From positions 1-31,677 of IMG/VR virus record IMGVR_UViG_3300020045_006907: a stretch of DNA of 31,677 bases; one strand, written 5' to 3'. Positions 8,631 through 16,732 of the stretch are shown here, piece after piece. The translations under genes were made by a program, and so were the position numbers. How positions within the stretch are numbered: position 1 is the first letter of the stretch; each line of letters opens with the position of its first letter. The notes beneath the pieces are model-generated. The model saw only the letters and a list, made by a program, of their open reading frames with translations. It was not told where the DNA came from and searched no databases. This DNA is from a virus. Taxonomy: Duplodnaviria > Caudoviricetes.

Positions 8631-8846
8631 TTATTGTTTAGCCGACTGTTTCCAGTCAGAGATTATTTGAAAATTAGCATTCAAACCATTTGGATATTTT
8701 GGATCTTCGTAATAACTATGGTTCGGCACGCTATCAATCAAGGCTTCTAATTTTTGGCGGATAAAGTCAGCCATAAATTTTGTGTATGGTTCACTATGAG
8801 GAAACTCTTTTTTAAACTCTTCAATTATTTGGGTTATGTTTGTCAT
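8631..8846 (-). CDS. Hypothetical protein
   Basis: Tightly packed 71-aa ORF. Confidence 0.65.
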   Translation of the reverse strand: MTNITQIIEEFKKEFPHSEPYTKFMADFIRQKLEALIDSVPNHSYYEDPKYPNGLNANFQIISDWKQSAKQ

Positions 8847-8848
8847 AT

Positions 8849-9022
8849 TTATTCAATAAATTGTAATTTAACTTTTTTTATATCGTCATAACATTTTAAA
8901 GCCGATTGCTTGGATTTAAAAATGTCAGCCTTCATTATACCACTGTAATAATTTTCATCGTGAAAAAAATCTATATGATTATTTACGATACCTACATAAA
9001 ATTCAAAAGTTTCTTTTTTCAT
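8849..9022 (-). CDS. 57-aa hypothetical protein (not in ORF track)
   Basis: MKKETFEFYVGIV...KLQFIE*; fills the gap with 2-nt spacers on both sides. Confidence 0.6.
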   Translation of the reverse strand: MKKETFEFYVGIVNNHIDFFHDENYYSGIMKADIFKSKQSALKCYDDIKKVKLQFIE

Positions 9023-9024
9023 AT

Positions 9025-9720
9025 TTATTTTAAATTAAAAATCTTCATTGAAATTTCACCTGCTTCATTCCAAATAAATTCCTTATAGCTTCTTTCGGTG
9101 TATAAATAACTATCTTTTTGCGTGTAGCTCACAACTACTCGGCTATGCTCAACTTCTTCCACCCGTAAATCTATTGGTTCGCTTATTGAAATTGATTTTA
9201 GATATTCTATACATTTCTTTATTTTTTCTTTATCGGAAATGTTCAAAGCTTCAAAGGGCTCAAAAGACTTGCTGAGGCGAAAAACAAACTTGTTGTCCGA
9301 ATTCCACCTGCTGCCCGGCTTCGCCCAATTGCCGTTCAACCACAGACCGCCGCTATTGCGATTCAGGTAGAAAACTTTCGGAGTGCCGTCAACGTCGATT
9401 TGCTTCATCCCACAAAATATCAATTCGTCTAAATCTTTGTCCAGCCTTAAAATCGGGAAAATCTCTTGCGGGCATAACTCTAATCCCAACTCCTTTGCTT
9501 TGTTAAAAATCTCATCAATAGTTGCTCCGTCGCTAAATCCCATATCCGCAACGCTAAGTTTAACCAAATCAATTTCCTCTTCTGCTGTTTGAAACATTAC
9601 TTCGTTTATCATTCTTTTTGCGTAGTCGGAGATGTGAATACCTTTTTCTTTGTATTCTTTGAGTATTTTTTCGGCGGAATAATTGCCGATTTTGATTTTT
9701 TTGAAAATTTTGTGGGTCAT
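9025..9720 (-). CDS. Hypothetical protein with DGR variable-region-like segment
   Basis: IDLVKLSVADMGF..GAT..EIF..AKELGLELCP, then LNRNSGGLWLNGNWAKPGSRWNSDNKFVFR. Confidence 0.7.
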   Translation of the reverse strand: MTHKIFKKIKIGNYSAEKILKEYKEKGIHISDYAKRMINEVMFQTAEEEIDLVKLSVADMGFSDGATIDEIFNKAKELGLELCPQEIFPILRLDKDLDELIFCGMKQIDVDGTPKVFYLNRNSGGLWLNGNWAKPGSRWNSDNKFVFRLSKSFEPFEALNISDKEKIKKCIEYLKSISISEPIDLRVEEVEHSRVVVSYTQKDSYLYTERSYKEFIWNEAGEISMKIFNLK

Positions 9721-9732
9721 AGATTATTGTGA

Positions 9733-10170
9733 TTATTTATTTTCAAGTAAATGTTTGTGTTCGTAGATGTTGCCGATGATTTTTGAAAAATAACCAATAC
9801 TGATTTCGTGATTTTCTGACATCAGGCTTTCGCTTATTAAATTACACCAATCACAAACACCTTCTTTCCCAAAATTATTATAGTTGTCAAGTGGAAATAA
9901 CTTGAAACCATCATCTACCCATACCACTACAACTTTCTTACCTTTTTCAATATAAAATCCGTGTTCATTGTCGTTTTCTTCTATAATTTCCAAAATATCG
10001 TTTCCATAAATTTTATTTCCATTTTTATCGGGGAAGTCTGTGGATTCCATTAAATTGTGTTTTTCGTCATCGATATCTGGCATATAAACATCAGAAAACC
10101 AGCTCCAATCATCATCATAAATCATCTCATTTTTTTCTTTATCCCACGCTCGATATTTTTTTGTTTTCAT
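9733..10170 (-). CDS. YopX family protein
   Basis: KYRAWDK...LMESTDFPDKNGNKIYGNDIL...IIGNIYEHKHLL. Confidence 0.85.
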   Translation of the reverse strand: MKTKKYRAWDKEKNEMIYDDDWSWFSDVYMPDIDDEKHNLMESTDFPDKNGNKIYGNDILEIIEENDNEHGFYIEKGKKVVVVWVDDGFKLFPLDNYNNFGKEGVCDWCNLISESLMSENHEISIGYFSKIIGNIYEHKHLLENK

Positions 10171-10194
10171 AAATTATTTTTATTATTGATTAAG

Positions 10195-10332
10195 CTCGGC
10201 AGGCGAGGTTTGTTGAATACACCCTAATTTGATGGTTTTATTATTATATCAAACAGGTATATTCACTCGCAGATGTAAATGAATACACAAACTAATAATT
10301 CGTTTTGCGGTTCTCAGCCCGCCACTGCCAAA
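10195..10332 (-). ncRNA. Putative structured RNA downstream of the DUF2828 gene
   Basis: Ends pair (GGCAG/CTGCC, 2-nt bulge, GCGGG/CTCGC); long internal hairpins. Confidence 0.5.
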
Positions 10333-10354
10333 CACAATAAATAATTTCTATTTT

Positions 10355-10374
10355 GAGAGCCCGTAAAGGCTCTC
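10355..10374. other. Intergenic hairpin (terminator or processing site)
   Basis: GAGAGCC-CGTAAA-GGCTCTC; no clear U tract on the minus strand. Confidence 0.4.
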
Positions 10375-10393
10375 TGAACAGGGATTATTTTTA

Positions 10394-11872
10394 TCAAAAT
10401 GTAATTTTTTTATATCTTTCTCCATTTATTGTGTCTATCATCAGTTCAAACGGAGTTTTATTTTCTACTGCCATTTTAAAAATAACTGGCGACAATCCAG
10501 AAACTAATGCTACTCCTTTATCGTCTGATTGAGCTGGAACATTTTTGCCACTCGCTGAAACATTCCAGAATACTATGTTAGGCTTTTTATAACCACTTTG
10601 GTTGTATTTATCTTGAATAACCTCGAAATTTGTTTGTTCTCCCGAACAATTGTCAAATTCCATATCCGATATAATATAAATAGTTTCAGGCATTTCCTCT
10701 TTCGGAGTTCCATTCTTGATAGCAGTATTGAGAATTAAATCAAAAACTCTCTGTAAATCAGTGTTCTCGCATATACCAAGTTCTATGCTGTTCATTTTAT
10801 CCAACAATGTTCTGCCTTGAACTTTATGTAATTTAGGATTTTGCGAAAACGAAATAAAATAATCTTTAAATTGTCCTTTGTTTCTTTCCGCAAAATATAA
10901 TGCCAAAGAAACTGATACAGACATAGGATCGCCTTTCATACTTCCCGAAGTATCTGCCACGACTAATGCGTTTTTACCTTGTGTATAATCTGGCAACTGA
11001 TTCCATAATGCTTCCAATGTTTTTGAATAATCATTTTTAGCGGATTTATAAATTTGATATGGATATAATGTTTTAGCGTTAATTTTTGCTTCACCTTTCT
11101 CCGCTTTGTCAATAAATTCAGAGTATCTTTTTTCGTCATGTTCTTTAAAGGCATTTTTATAAATCCTTGACGCTTGACTTGGCACATAAGAATAGTTTAT
11201 TTTATTCCATTGTTTTGCTGACATTTGCTCCTCTACTGTCTTAATTTGTTTTCTTATTTTTCTGATTATCTTCCTAAAAGTTATTTCATTTTTACATAAT
11301 TTTTTGGCAAAAAATCTAGCTTTTGCTCTTGTTGTTGGGCTGGAAGCATTGATTGTTGGTATCCATTTTGCTAAAAGCGATGGCTCTTCGCTATTTTGGT
11401 CTTTTTCTAATTGCTTGCCTATCACATCAAAGCATTTTGCATTATCGAAAAATATGTCATCCCATCGACCATACTCAGGCACAAATTCAACAATTTTTTC
11501 AAAAACTTCTGGCACATCTGTTCCTAACCATTCTAAACAATTACGAAATAAATCACGCTCACCTTGTCCGCCTCTTATATCTCGGAGATAAAACAAAGTC
11601 TTAACAGCTTTTACTCTATCCTCAGAAAACGCTTTTTTGAATAAGTTTAATGCTTCACTAGGGCTTTTACGCATAGCTCCTGCTTGTGAAAAAAAATCCA
11701 ACAACGAAGAGTCTGAACGAGTATAAGTGATAGCTCCATTTTCAGTCAAACCTTTTGATGTTTCCTTGAACATCGCTTTGATAAAACTGTTAGTTGTTAT
11801 CCCAACATTTTGAGTTTTCTTTACAACTTTCATTTTTTTGATGTGTTCCATAAAAATTTTGTCAAGACGCAT
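10394..11872 (-). CDS. DUF2828 family protein (TROVE/Ro60-like N-terminus + vWA/MIDAS domain)
   Basis: TENGA, LLDFF, RDIRGGQGER, EYGRWDD, LLAKW, DTSGSM (DxSxS MIDAS), ISDMEFD, IVFWN; true start may be 11851 or 11833; ends TGA-TAA. Confidence 0.85.
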   Translation of the reverse strand: MRLDKIFMEHIKKMKVVKKTQNVGITTNSFIKAMFKETSKGLTENGAITYTRSDSSLLDFFSQAGAMRKSPSEALNLFKKAFSEDRVKAVKTLFYLRDIRGGQGERDLFRNCLEWLGTDVPEVFEKIVEFVPEYGRWDDIFFDNAKCFDVIGKQLEKDQNSEEPSLLAKWIPTINASSPTTRAKARFFAKKLCKNEITFRKIIRKIRKQIKTVEEQMSAKQWNKINYSYVPSQASRIYKNAFKEHDEKRYSEFIDKAEKGEAKINAKTLYPYQIYKSAKNDYSKTLEALWNQLPDYTQGKNALVVADTSGSMKGDPMSVSVSLALYFAERNKGQFKDYFISFSQNPKLHKVQGRTLLDKMNSIELGICENTDLQRVFDLILNTAIKNGTPKEEMPETIYIISDMEFDNCSGEQTNFEVIQDKYNQSGYKKPNIVFWNVSASGKNVPAQSDDKGVALVSGLSPVIFKMAVENKTPFELMIDTINGERYKKITF

Positions 11873-11915
11873 TTTTTAAAAAATACAAATTTTTTTAAAG
11901 TTGCTGTTAGCGTCT
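11865..11915 (-). repeat. ACAGCAA stem-loop motif copy 1
   Basis: AGACGC-TAACAGCAA-(A/T hairpin)-AAAT-GCGTCT. Confidence 0.8.
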
Positions 11916-11933
11916 ATAAAATATAAATTAAAG

Positions 11934-12044
11934 GCGAGAAACTGGGAGTCGAACCCAGATAAGAGGCTCTGAAAGCATTTAATTGCTGTTAAAGTCTTAA
12001 CAAGACTTATTTTACTCCGTCCTAACCGTTAGACGATTTCTCGC
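11934..12044 (-). tRNA. tRNA-like gene, UCA anticodon, 38-nt insertion in the anticodon stem containing motif copy 2
   Basis: Acceptor GCGAGAAA/TTTCTCGC; D arm GTCT-AACGGTTA-GGAC; anticodon arm GAG[38 nt]GC-TTTCAGA-GCCTC; T arm CTGGG-TTCGACT-CCCAG; no encoded CCA. Confidence 0.8.
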
Positions 12045-12049
12045 TTAAC

Positions 12050-12101
12050 ACGACACATTTTGTTTTTTTACAAAAAAAATTTTAATTGCTGTTAGTGTCG
12101 T
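12050..12101 (-). repeat. ACAGCAA stem-loop motif copy 3
   Basis: ACGACAC-TAACAGCAA-(T/A hairpin)-AAAAT-GTGTCGT. Confidence 0.8.
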
Positions 12102-12167
12102 AAATTATTTAGTTTTAAATTAAATCTCTCATCACGCCCCACGGAAGGGGACGAGGGAGGGAGGAAG

Positions 12168-12803
12168 CTAATAATTTGAGTTATTGTTAATTCGTGCATC
12201 GCGTTTTTTACAGATATTAATAAACTCATCAAGTCTTTCTCTCATTAAGACTGAGTTTTTGTATTCTGAGTATTCTTGCGTGAGCTTGGCTCGTTCCTCG
12301 GCTTCCGCCCTACTTGTTCCACAATCGTCCATAATTCGCGTTAAGCGCGCTCGATACATTTGGTCTTTGTAAACTCTGTCTTGATCAAGGACTTCCATTA
12401 TTGTGTTAATAAGTGTCGCACAGTCAAGCCAATAAGTCTCGGGGAATTTCGCTTTTTCTTTTATCCATTTGTGCGTTGTATCCATTAAGTTTTTAACACT
12501 TAAAATCGCTTGTTTCGCTTTTTCCTCCCATTGCTTGTTGTCGTTGCCGGCTATTAAAACATCAACGCTTGGTGGTTTTATTTCGTTTTCAATAACTTCT
12601 GAAAAACTTTCTGAGACTTTTACTAAAACATTTTGATTTTGGGTTTTCAACTCCTCCAAAAATTTCATCAGTTCAATAGTCTCCTCTCCTGTTATTTCTT
12701 GATTTTCTTGAATTTCTTGTAAAAGTTCCGGTAGTTTTTTCTGAAAGTATTGTTTGCGAATATAAGCAACGTCTTTGCCGCAAATTTGTTTTGGTTGTGT
12801 CAT
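12168..12803 (-). CDS. Hypothetical helical protein
   Basis: 211-aa ORF coupled to the nuclease gene. Confidence 0.7.
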   Translation of the reverse strand: MTQPKQICGKDVAYIRKQYFQKKLPELLQEIQENQEITGEETIELMKFLEELKTQNQNVLVKVSESFSEVIENEIKPPSVDVLIAGNDNKQWEEKAKQAILSVKNLMDTTHKWIKEKAKFPETYWLDCATLINTIMEVLDQDRVYKDQMYRARLTRIMDDCGTSRAEAEERAKLTQEYSEYKNSVLMRERLDEFINICKKRDARINNNSNY

Positions 12804-12804
12804 A

Positions 12805-13584
12805 TTAAATTTTTGCGTATTCTTTTAGTCTTTTTTTGACTGTTAGTAAGGCTAAAAAAACAACTGCGTCTTTAAGTAAGTTTTCTTTTGAAATTTCTAC
12901 GACTTCCAGAGAACCGTCCTCTTTGTTGAATTTTACAATCATTCCGCCGTCTAGTTTTTCGCCTGTTTCTTCCTCGTAGGCGACCCAATACCCTGCTAAC
13001 TGGAATTTGTGTTCATCGTAGATTGCTTTCGCCGATTTGTAGTCTATGATGTATTTTTTATCATCGATTACGGCGATCACATCTGTTAGTCCGACATATC
13101 CGTGAGTTTGCGAATAAAGCATTCTTTCGCTTTCAACAAACTTAACTTTGTGCTTTTCGACCCAATCGAGAAACGCGGATATTCCGTTGACCACTCGCTC
13201 ATCTGTATTTTCTCCCACTTGCGGAAGTTCGGTGTTGTCAATTTTTGCTTTTCCGTATTTTTCGGCAAATTCGTGAATTTGGCTGCCTATGTCCGCGGCC
13301 TCATTTTTCTTGATTTGATGTTGAATAACTGCTTCGTCAATTATAGGGTATAAGTCAGTCGCTTTGACTTCCAGTTTATCGCTTAGATAGTTTTTGAGAT
13401 ATTCTTTGGTTAAATTGCCTGCCCAGCGAAGTAAAATTCCACTTTTGTCAATGAGTCCGGTGATTGATGTGACGGAGACTAACCATTCTTTTTCTCCGAC
13501 GACTTTGTATCTATGACTATCGGGGTAAAAGTCTATTGAGACTTTACCGTTGTAGAGTGATTTTGTGATTTTGTTTGCTGGCAT
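12805..13584 (-). CDS. PD-(D/E)XK exonuclease (RecB/Cas4-like)
   Basis: HRY...SVTSI, GSQIHE, ESE, GLTD...IIDYKS, QLAGY. Confidence 0.85.
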   Translation of the reverse strand: MPANKITKSLYNGKVSIDFYPDSHRYKVVGEKEWLVSVTSITGLIDKSGILLRWAGNLTKEYLKNYLSDKLEVKATDLYPIIDEAVIQHQIKKNEAADIGSQIHEFAEKYGKAKIDNTELPQVGENTDERVVNGISAFLDWVEKHKVKFVESERMLYSQTHGYVGLTDVIAVIDDKKYIIDYKSAKAIYDEHKFQLAGYWVAYEEETGEKLDGGMIVKFNKEDGSLEVVEISKENLLKDAVVFLALLTVKKRLKEYAKI

Positions 13585-14105
13585 ATTTTGGTATTTATAG
13601 AGTTTATTTTTTCTTTGTTTGCCGAGTTAGTCTCAGCTTTAATTGTTTCTTTTACTTCGTTTTTTATTTCTTCCTCTGGTGTTGACTCGTATCCGGCTAA
13701 CTTCATCACCCAGCCGATTATATTGCGGAATGCCTTGCCTATCGCGCGCGTTTGAGCCATTGATACAATCGCATATTCATCGAATGTTTTCTTTTTATTT
13801 TCAAGATTTGAGCAGATTGCGAAACCGCGAGAAATAACCTTGTCTGTTTTCATATCGATAACCTCGACTTCGGCGCTCCACTTAATTTCTTTATCTCTAG
13901 ATAAATTTTCGACCTTTACAATTTTGGGATATAATCCCATAAGCCCTCCGGCGAATTGCCATCCGTCCACATGGACATAATTTTTGCTTGATATTGTTGT
14001 GTAGAGTTTTTGCTCAACAATATGCGTTTTTAAAATTTTTGACATTTCTGTCATCTGCGATATTTGTTGAATATCGTAGTTTTTGATCGCGAGTTGTGTT
14101 GTCAT
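13533..14105 (-). CDS. Putative single-strand annealing/recombination protein
   Basis: KNYVHVDGWQ...SMAQTRAIGKAFR...TPEEE; adjacent to exonuclease and SSB. Confidence 0.55.
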   Translation of the reverse strand: MTTQLAIKNYDIQQISQMTEMSKILKTHIVEQKLYTTISSKNYVHVDGWQFAGGLMGLYPKIVKVENLSRDKEIKWSAEVEVIDMKTDKVISRGFAICSNLENKKKTFDEYAIVSMAQTRAIGKAFRNIIGWVMKLAGYESTPEEEIKNEVKETIKAETNSANKEKINSINTKICQQTKSQNHSTTVKSQ

Positions 14106-14131
14106 ATTTTTGGTTTTTCCGCTTGCGCGGG

Positions 14132-14413
14132 TTAATTAGTATGTTTTCCGAATGCTGGATATGGAGAGGTACTATCAAGCAGTTGTCCGTTCTCCTGACG
14201 CGTGAATATCACCACGCCTTGATTATCAACGAAAGCATAAATATCACAATTTTCTGGCATCTCTTGAATGTTCTTGTCTCCTACATTTACCCTAAATTTT
14301 GCCTCAACTAATAAATCAAAATTGATATGTTCAATTTCTGAAAAGTCTTTGACCGAATATGTAAATCTCCAAAGTTTTAATTTTACAATTCTAATAAGTT
14401 CTTGTTTGTTCAT
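14132..14413 (-). CDS. Hypothetical protein
   Basis: 93 aa, ATG 8 nt after a -10 box (near-leaderless). Confidence 0.7.
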   Translation of the reverse strand: MNKQELIRIVKLKLWRFTYSVKDFSEIEHINFDLLVEAKFRVNVGDKNIQEMPENCDIYAFVDNQGVVIFTRQENGQLLDSTSPYPAFGKHTN

Positions 14414-14421
14414 ATAATACC

Positions 14422-14450
14422 ATTATAAATCATTTTTAAAATCTTGTCAA
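14422..14450 (-). promoter_or_regulatory. Consensus sigma70 promoter
   Basis: TTGACA-N17-TATAAT perfect match. Confidence 0.85.
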
Positions 14451-14479
14451 CTGCTTACGATTTCCTTTATAATCATTAA

Positions 14480-14920
14480 TTAAAACGGAATTTGTTCAAT
14501 GTTAATGGTGTCCACCTCACTCATGCTTATTTTTCCGTTTTCGTCGATATAACCATCCTGCTCGGTTTGCGCTGCTTTTGGTTTGTTTGTTTTTGCCTTT
14601 TGTCCGAAGTCAAATTTTTCCGCGATGATGTCTGTTCGATATTTTTTCGCGCCGGATTTGTCCTCCCACGAATTTGTTTTGATCCGTCCTTGAATATAAA
14701 TCTCATCTCCTTTATCAAAATACTGTGAGATAATTTCCGCCGTTTTCCCAAATACCGTGACATTGTGGAATTCAACTTCTTTTTGTTTTTCTCCTTGTTT
14801 ATTTTTCCATTGTCTATTGGTGGCCACACTAAATGAGCCGATAACTATCCCTCCCTGAGTTGTTTTTGTTTCCGGCTTTTTCGTGAGCCGGCCACAAATT
14901 TGAACCAAGTTTAAATTCAT
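14480..14920 (-). CDS. ssb: Single-stranded DNA-binding protein
   Basis: NLVQICGRLTKKPE, FSVATNRQW, EFHNVTVFGKTAE, C-terminal IPF. Confidence 0.95.
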   Translation of the reverse strand: MNLNLVQICGRLTKKPETKTTQGGIVIGSFSVATNRQWKNKQGEKQKEVEFHNVTVFGKTAEIISQYFDKGDEIYIQGRIKTNSWEDKSGAKKYRTDIIAEKFDFGQKAKTNKPKAAQTEQDGYIDENGKISMSEVDTINIEQIPF

Positions 14921-14923
14921 ATA

Positions 14924-15028
14924 TTAGTTTTGCGCGTCTTGTTGGTTTATCTCCCAACATTCGTCGCATAGATTATCCTCAAACTGTTGCGCGGACTCTT
15001 GCCCGCATTGTTTGCAATAATAAGCCAT
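14924..15028 (-). CDS. 34-aa Zn-finger peptide (not in ORF track)
   Basis: MAYYCKQCGQESAQQFEDNLCDECWEINQQDAQN*. Confidence 0.55.
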   Translation of the reverse strand: MAYYCKQCGQESAQQFEDNLCDECWEINQQDAQN

Positions 15029-15031
15029 AAA

Positions 15032-15568
15032 TTAGTAAATTTTAATTTTTAATTTTTTAACTCCCCAATTTACTGCGTCTCTATCGTCCAACATCCAAAT
15101 GTCGAAAAAATTACCGTCTCTATACCTTTTATTCATTCTGTCCTCGCAGATATAAGCCCTGTTCTCTATCTCTACCCTCGTACCAAATGGAAATCTTTGC
15201 GGACAAGCGATTGCTCCGGTGTGCGTATCTTTTCCGTTTGCCATTTCATATGGTCTGTCATCTGTCTGACTTTCCGTAGAGGAATAAGCGAAAACTGTTG
15301 CGTCCACTATTTCTTTATAGTTTATACTGTCAGCAAACCTTATCTCTTGCTCTTTAATAGTTAAAATTTTAATCCCGTAATGATCACATTGTTTTTTTTG
15401 CCAATCGGATAAATAAAAAAGCGCGTATCCTTTGCTTTGCTCCTCCCACTGTAAGCATTCATTTCGTTCGTGCGCGTTTAATCCCTCTGCCGCTACCTTG
15501 ATAAACATCCCAAATAATAAGGCTCCTGATAAAATTAAAAGTATTATTTTTATTATTTTTTTATTCAT
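15032..15568 (-). CDS. 3D-domain protein with N-terminal TM/signal
   Basis: AYSSTESQTD, IACP..FPFGT.V.I, CEDR, FDIW, WG. Confidence 0.8.
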   Translation of the reverse strand: MNKKIIKIILLILSGALLFGMFIKVAAEGLNAHERNECLQWEEQSKGYALFYLSDWQKKQCDHYGIKILTIKEQEIRFADSINYKEIVDATVFAYSSTESQTDDRPYEMANGKDTHTGAIACPQRFPFGTRVEIENRAYICEDRMNKRYRDGNFFDIWMLDDRDAVNWGVKKLKIKIY

Positions 15569-15643
15569 AAGTTTGGGAGTGTGGCTCTACTCCTGTTGCG
15601 CTGAGCGACTAACGGCGCGCGTGATAGCCGCTTACCACTTTAA

Positions 15644-16249
15644 TTAAGCTGACATCTGTTTTGTTTCTTTTACTTCGACGCCCGGTATCGACATGCCCGC
15701 TAAGGCTACCTTGCGTATTTTAATCATGTTCAGTTCTAAATACTCGCGTGGGATTGCGGCCTCATCTATAATTACGACTTCTTTTACCGTTTTTAGTGTT
15801 AACTTCGCTCCTGTTGTTGTTGCGACTGTTTTCTTTTCTTCTCCGAGTTCCTCCATTTTTCTAAGTCCTGTTTGCTCTTTAAATGTTCCAGTTTCTACTC
15901 TTTTAACTATTGCGTCCTCTTTTTTTTGTCTTTCTGTTTCTTTGGCGATCATATAAACGGAGGCTTTGGCTTTTAACTGTCTCTCAGCCTCGTCGCATTC
16001 CTTTTCGTAAGGTAAAAATTTCATTTGCGCGTTGGCGATTATCTCTCTCGCCGGCTTGGTGTATTTTTCCATTTCTTGGCGGATGAATTTACCCATTGTT
16101 TTTACTGATTTAATGTAGTCCGCGACTGCTGATAGTTGTTCGTCGTTTTCGACTTTTGTGTCTGCTACCATTTCGCGCATACCTCTAATTTTTTCATCAA
16201 CGATTTTGATGTCCAATTCCGTCGTTGTCGGAATGTTGTTTGTCTCCAT
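15644..16249 (-). CDS. Gp157/Gam-like coiled-coil protein
   Basis: C-terminal IIDEAAIPREYL...IPGVEVKE after a coiled coil; likely start 16249. Confidence 0.6.
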   Translation of the reverse strand: METNNIPTTTELDIKIVDEKIRGMREMVADTKVENDEQLSAVADYIKSVKTMGKFIRQEMEKYTKPAREIIANAQMKFLPYEKECDEAERQLKAKASVYMIAKETERQKKEDAIVKRVETGTFKEQTGLRKMEELGEEKKTVATTTGAKLTLKTVKEVVIIDEAAIPREYLELNMIKIRKVALAGMSIPGVEVKETKQMSA

Positions 16250-16282
16250 ATTTTTTTGTATTATGCCACTCAAATTGTGGCT

Positions 16283-16462
16283 TTATTTTGTTTTGAAATT
16301 ATTGATTATATTTTCATACACAATCGCCCCTCTTCCTTTCTTGCGTAAATTTTCACATACCTCTTGGGCTTGGTCTTTGGTATTGAATCGGCCGACTATT
16401 TGAATATTACAGTCTGATTGTAATAATCTAACTTGATATTCTATTTTACATTTTAAATTCAT
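16283..16462 (-). CDS. 59-aa hypothetical protein (not in ORF track)
   Basis: MNLKCKIEYQVRLL...VGRFNTKDQAQEVCENLRKKG...*. Confidence 0.55.
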   Translation of the reverse strand: MNLKCKIEYQVRLLQSDCNIQIVGRFNTKDQAQEVCENLRKKGRGAIVYENIINNFKTK

Positions 16463-16465
16463 ATA

Positions 16466-16534
16466 TTAGTTTTCATCCTCAAAATTTTCAGGATGATACA
16501 TTTTTTCAATTTCTTGGTCGTAATCTATTTCCAT
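16466..16534 (-). CDS. 22-aa acidic peptide, first ORF of the early operon
   Basis: MEIDYDQEIEKMYHPENFEDEN*; stop 3 nt before the next ATG. Confidence 0.45.
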   Translation of the reverse strand: MEIDYDQEIEKMYHPENFEDEN

Positions 16535-16732
16535 AAAAGTTTTTGCGAGGCGGAGAGGTAGTAAGCACTTTCTACCACTCCTCCGCCTTGCGTGCTTATG
16601 TCGGCTTAATTGCCGGCTTTGGTTTTAATGATTGTTTGTCGCCTGTCTTTCCGTTTTTTACGCTGTTTGGTGGCTTTTAATGCCTTTGGCGTAATGAGTG
16701 GATAAGTTAAGCGACTCTCAATCTCTATGGTC

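Noticed and set aside
11934-12044. Canonical tRNA-Sec or tRNA-Glu(TTC)
   Set aside because: No long variable arm, G73 or extended D stem for Sec; the TTC register gives no anticodon stem pairing, whereas the TCA register gives 5 of 5 pairs
11865-12101. CRISPR array
   Set aside because: Only a 9-nt core is shared, stems covary, spacing is irregular and there is no cas operon
12805-13584. Cas4 as part of a CRISPR system
   Set aside because: Lacks the Fe-S cysteine cluster; context is a recombination module
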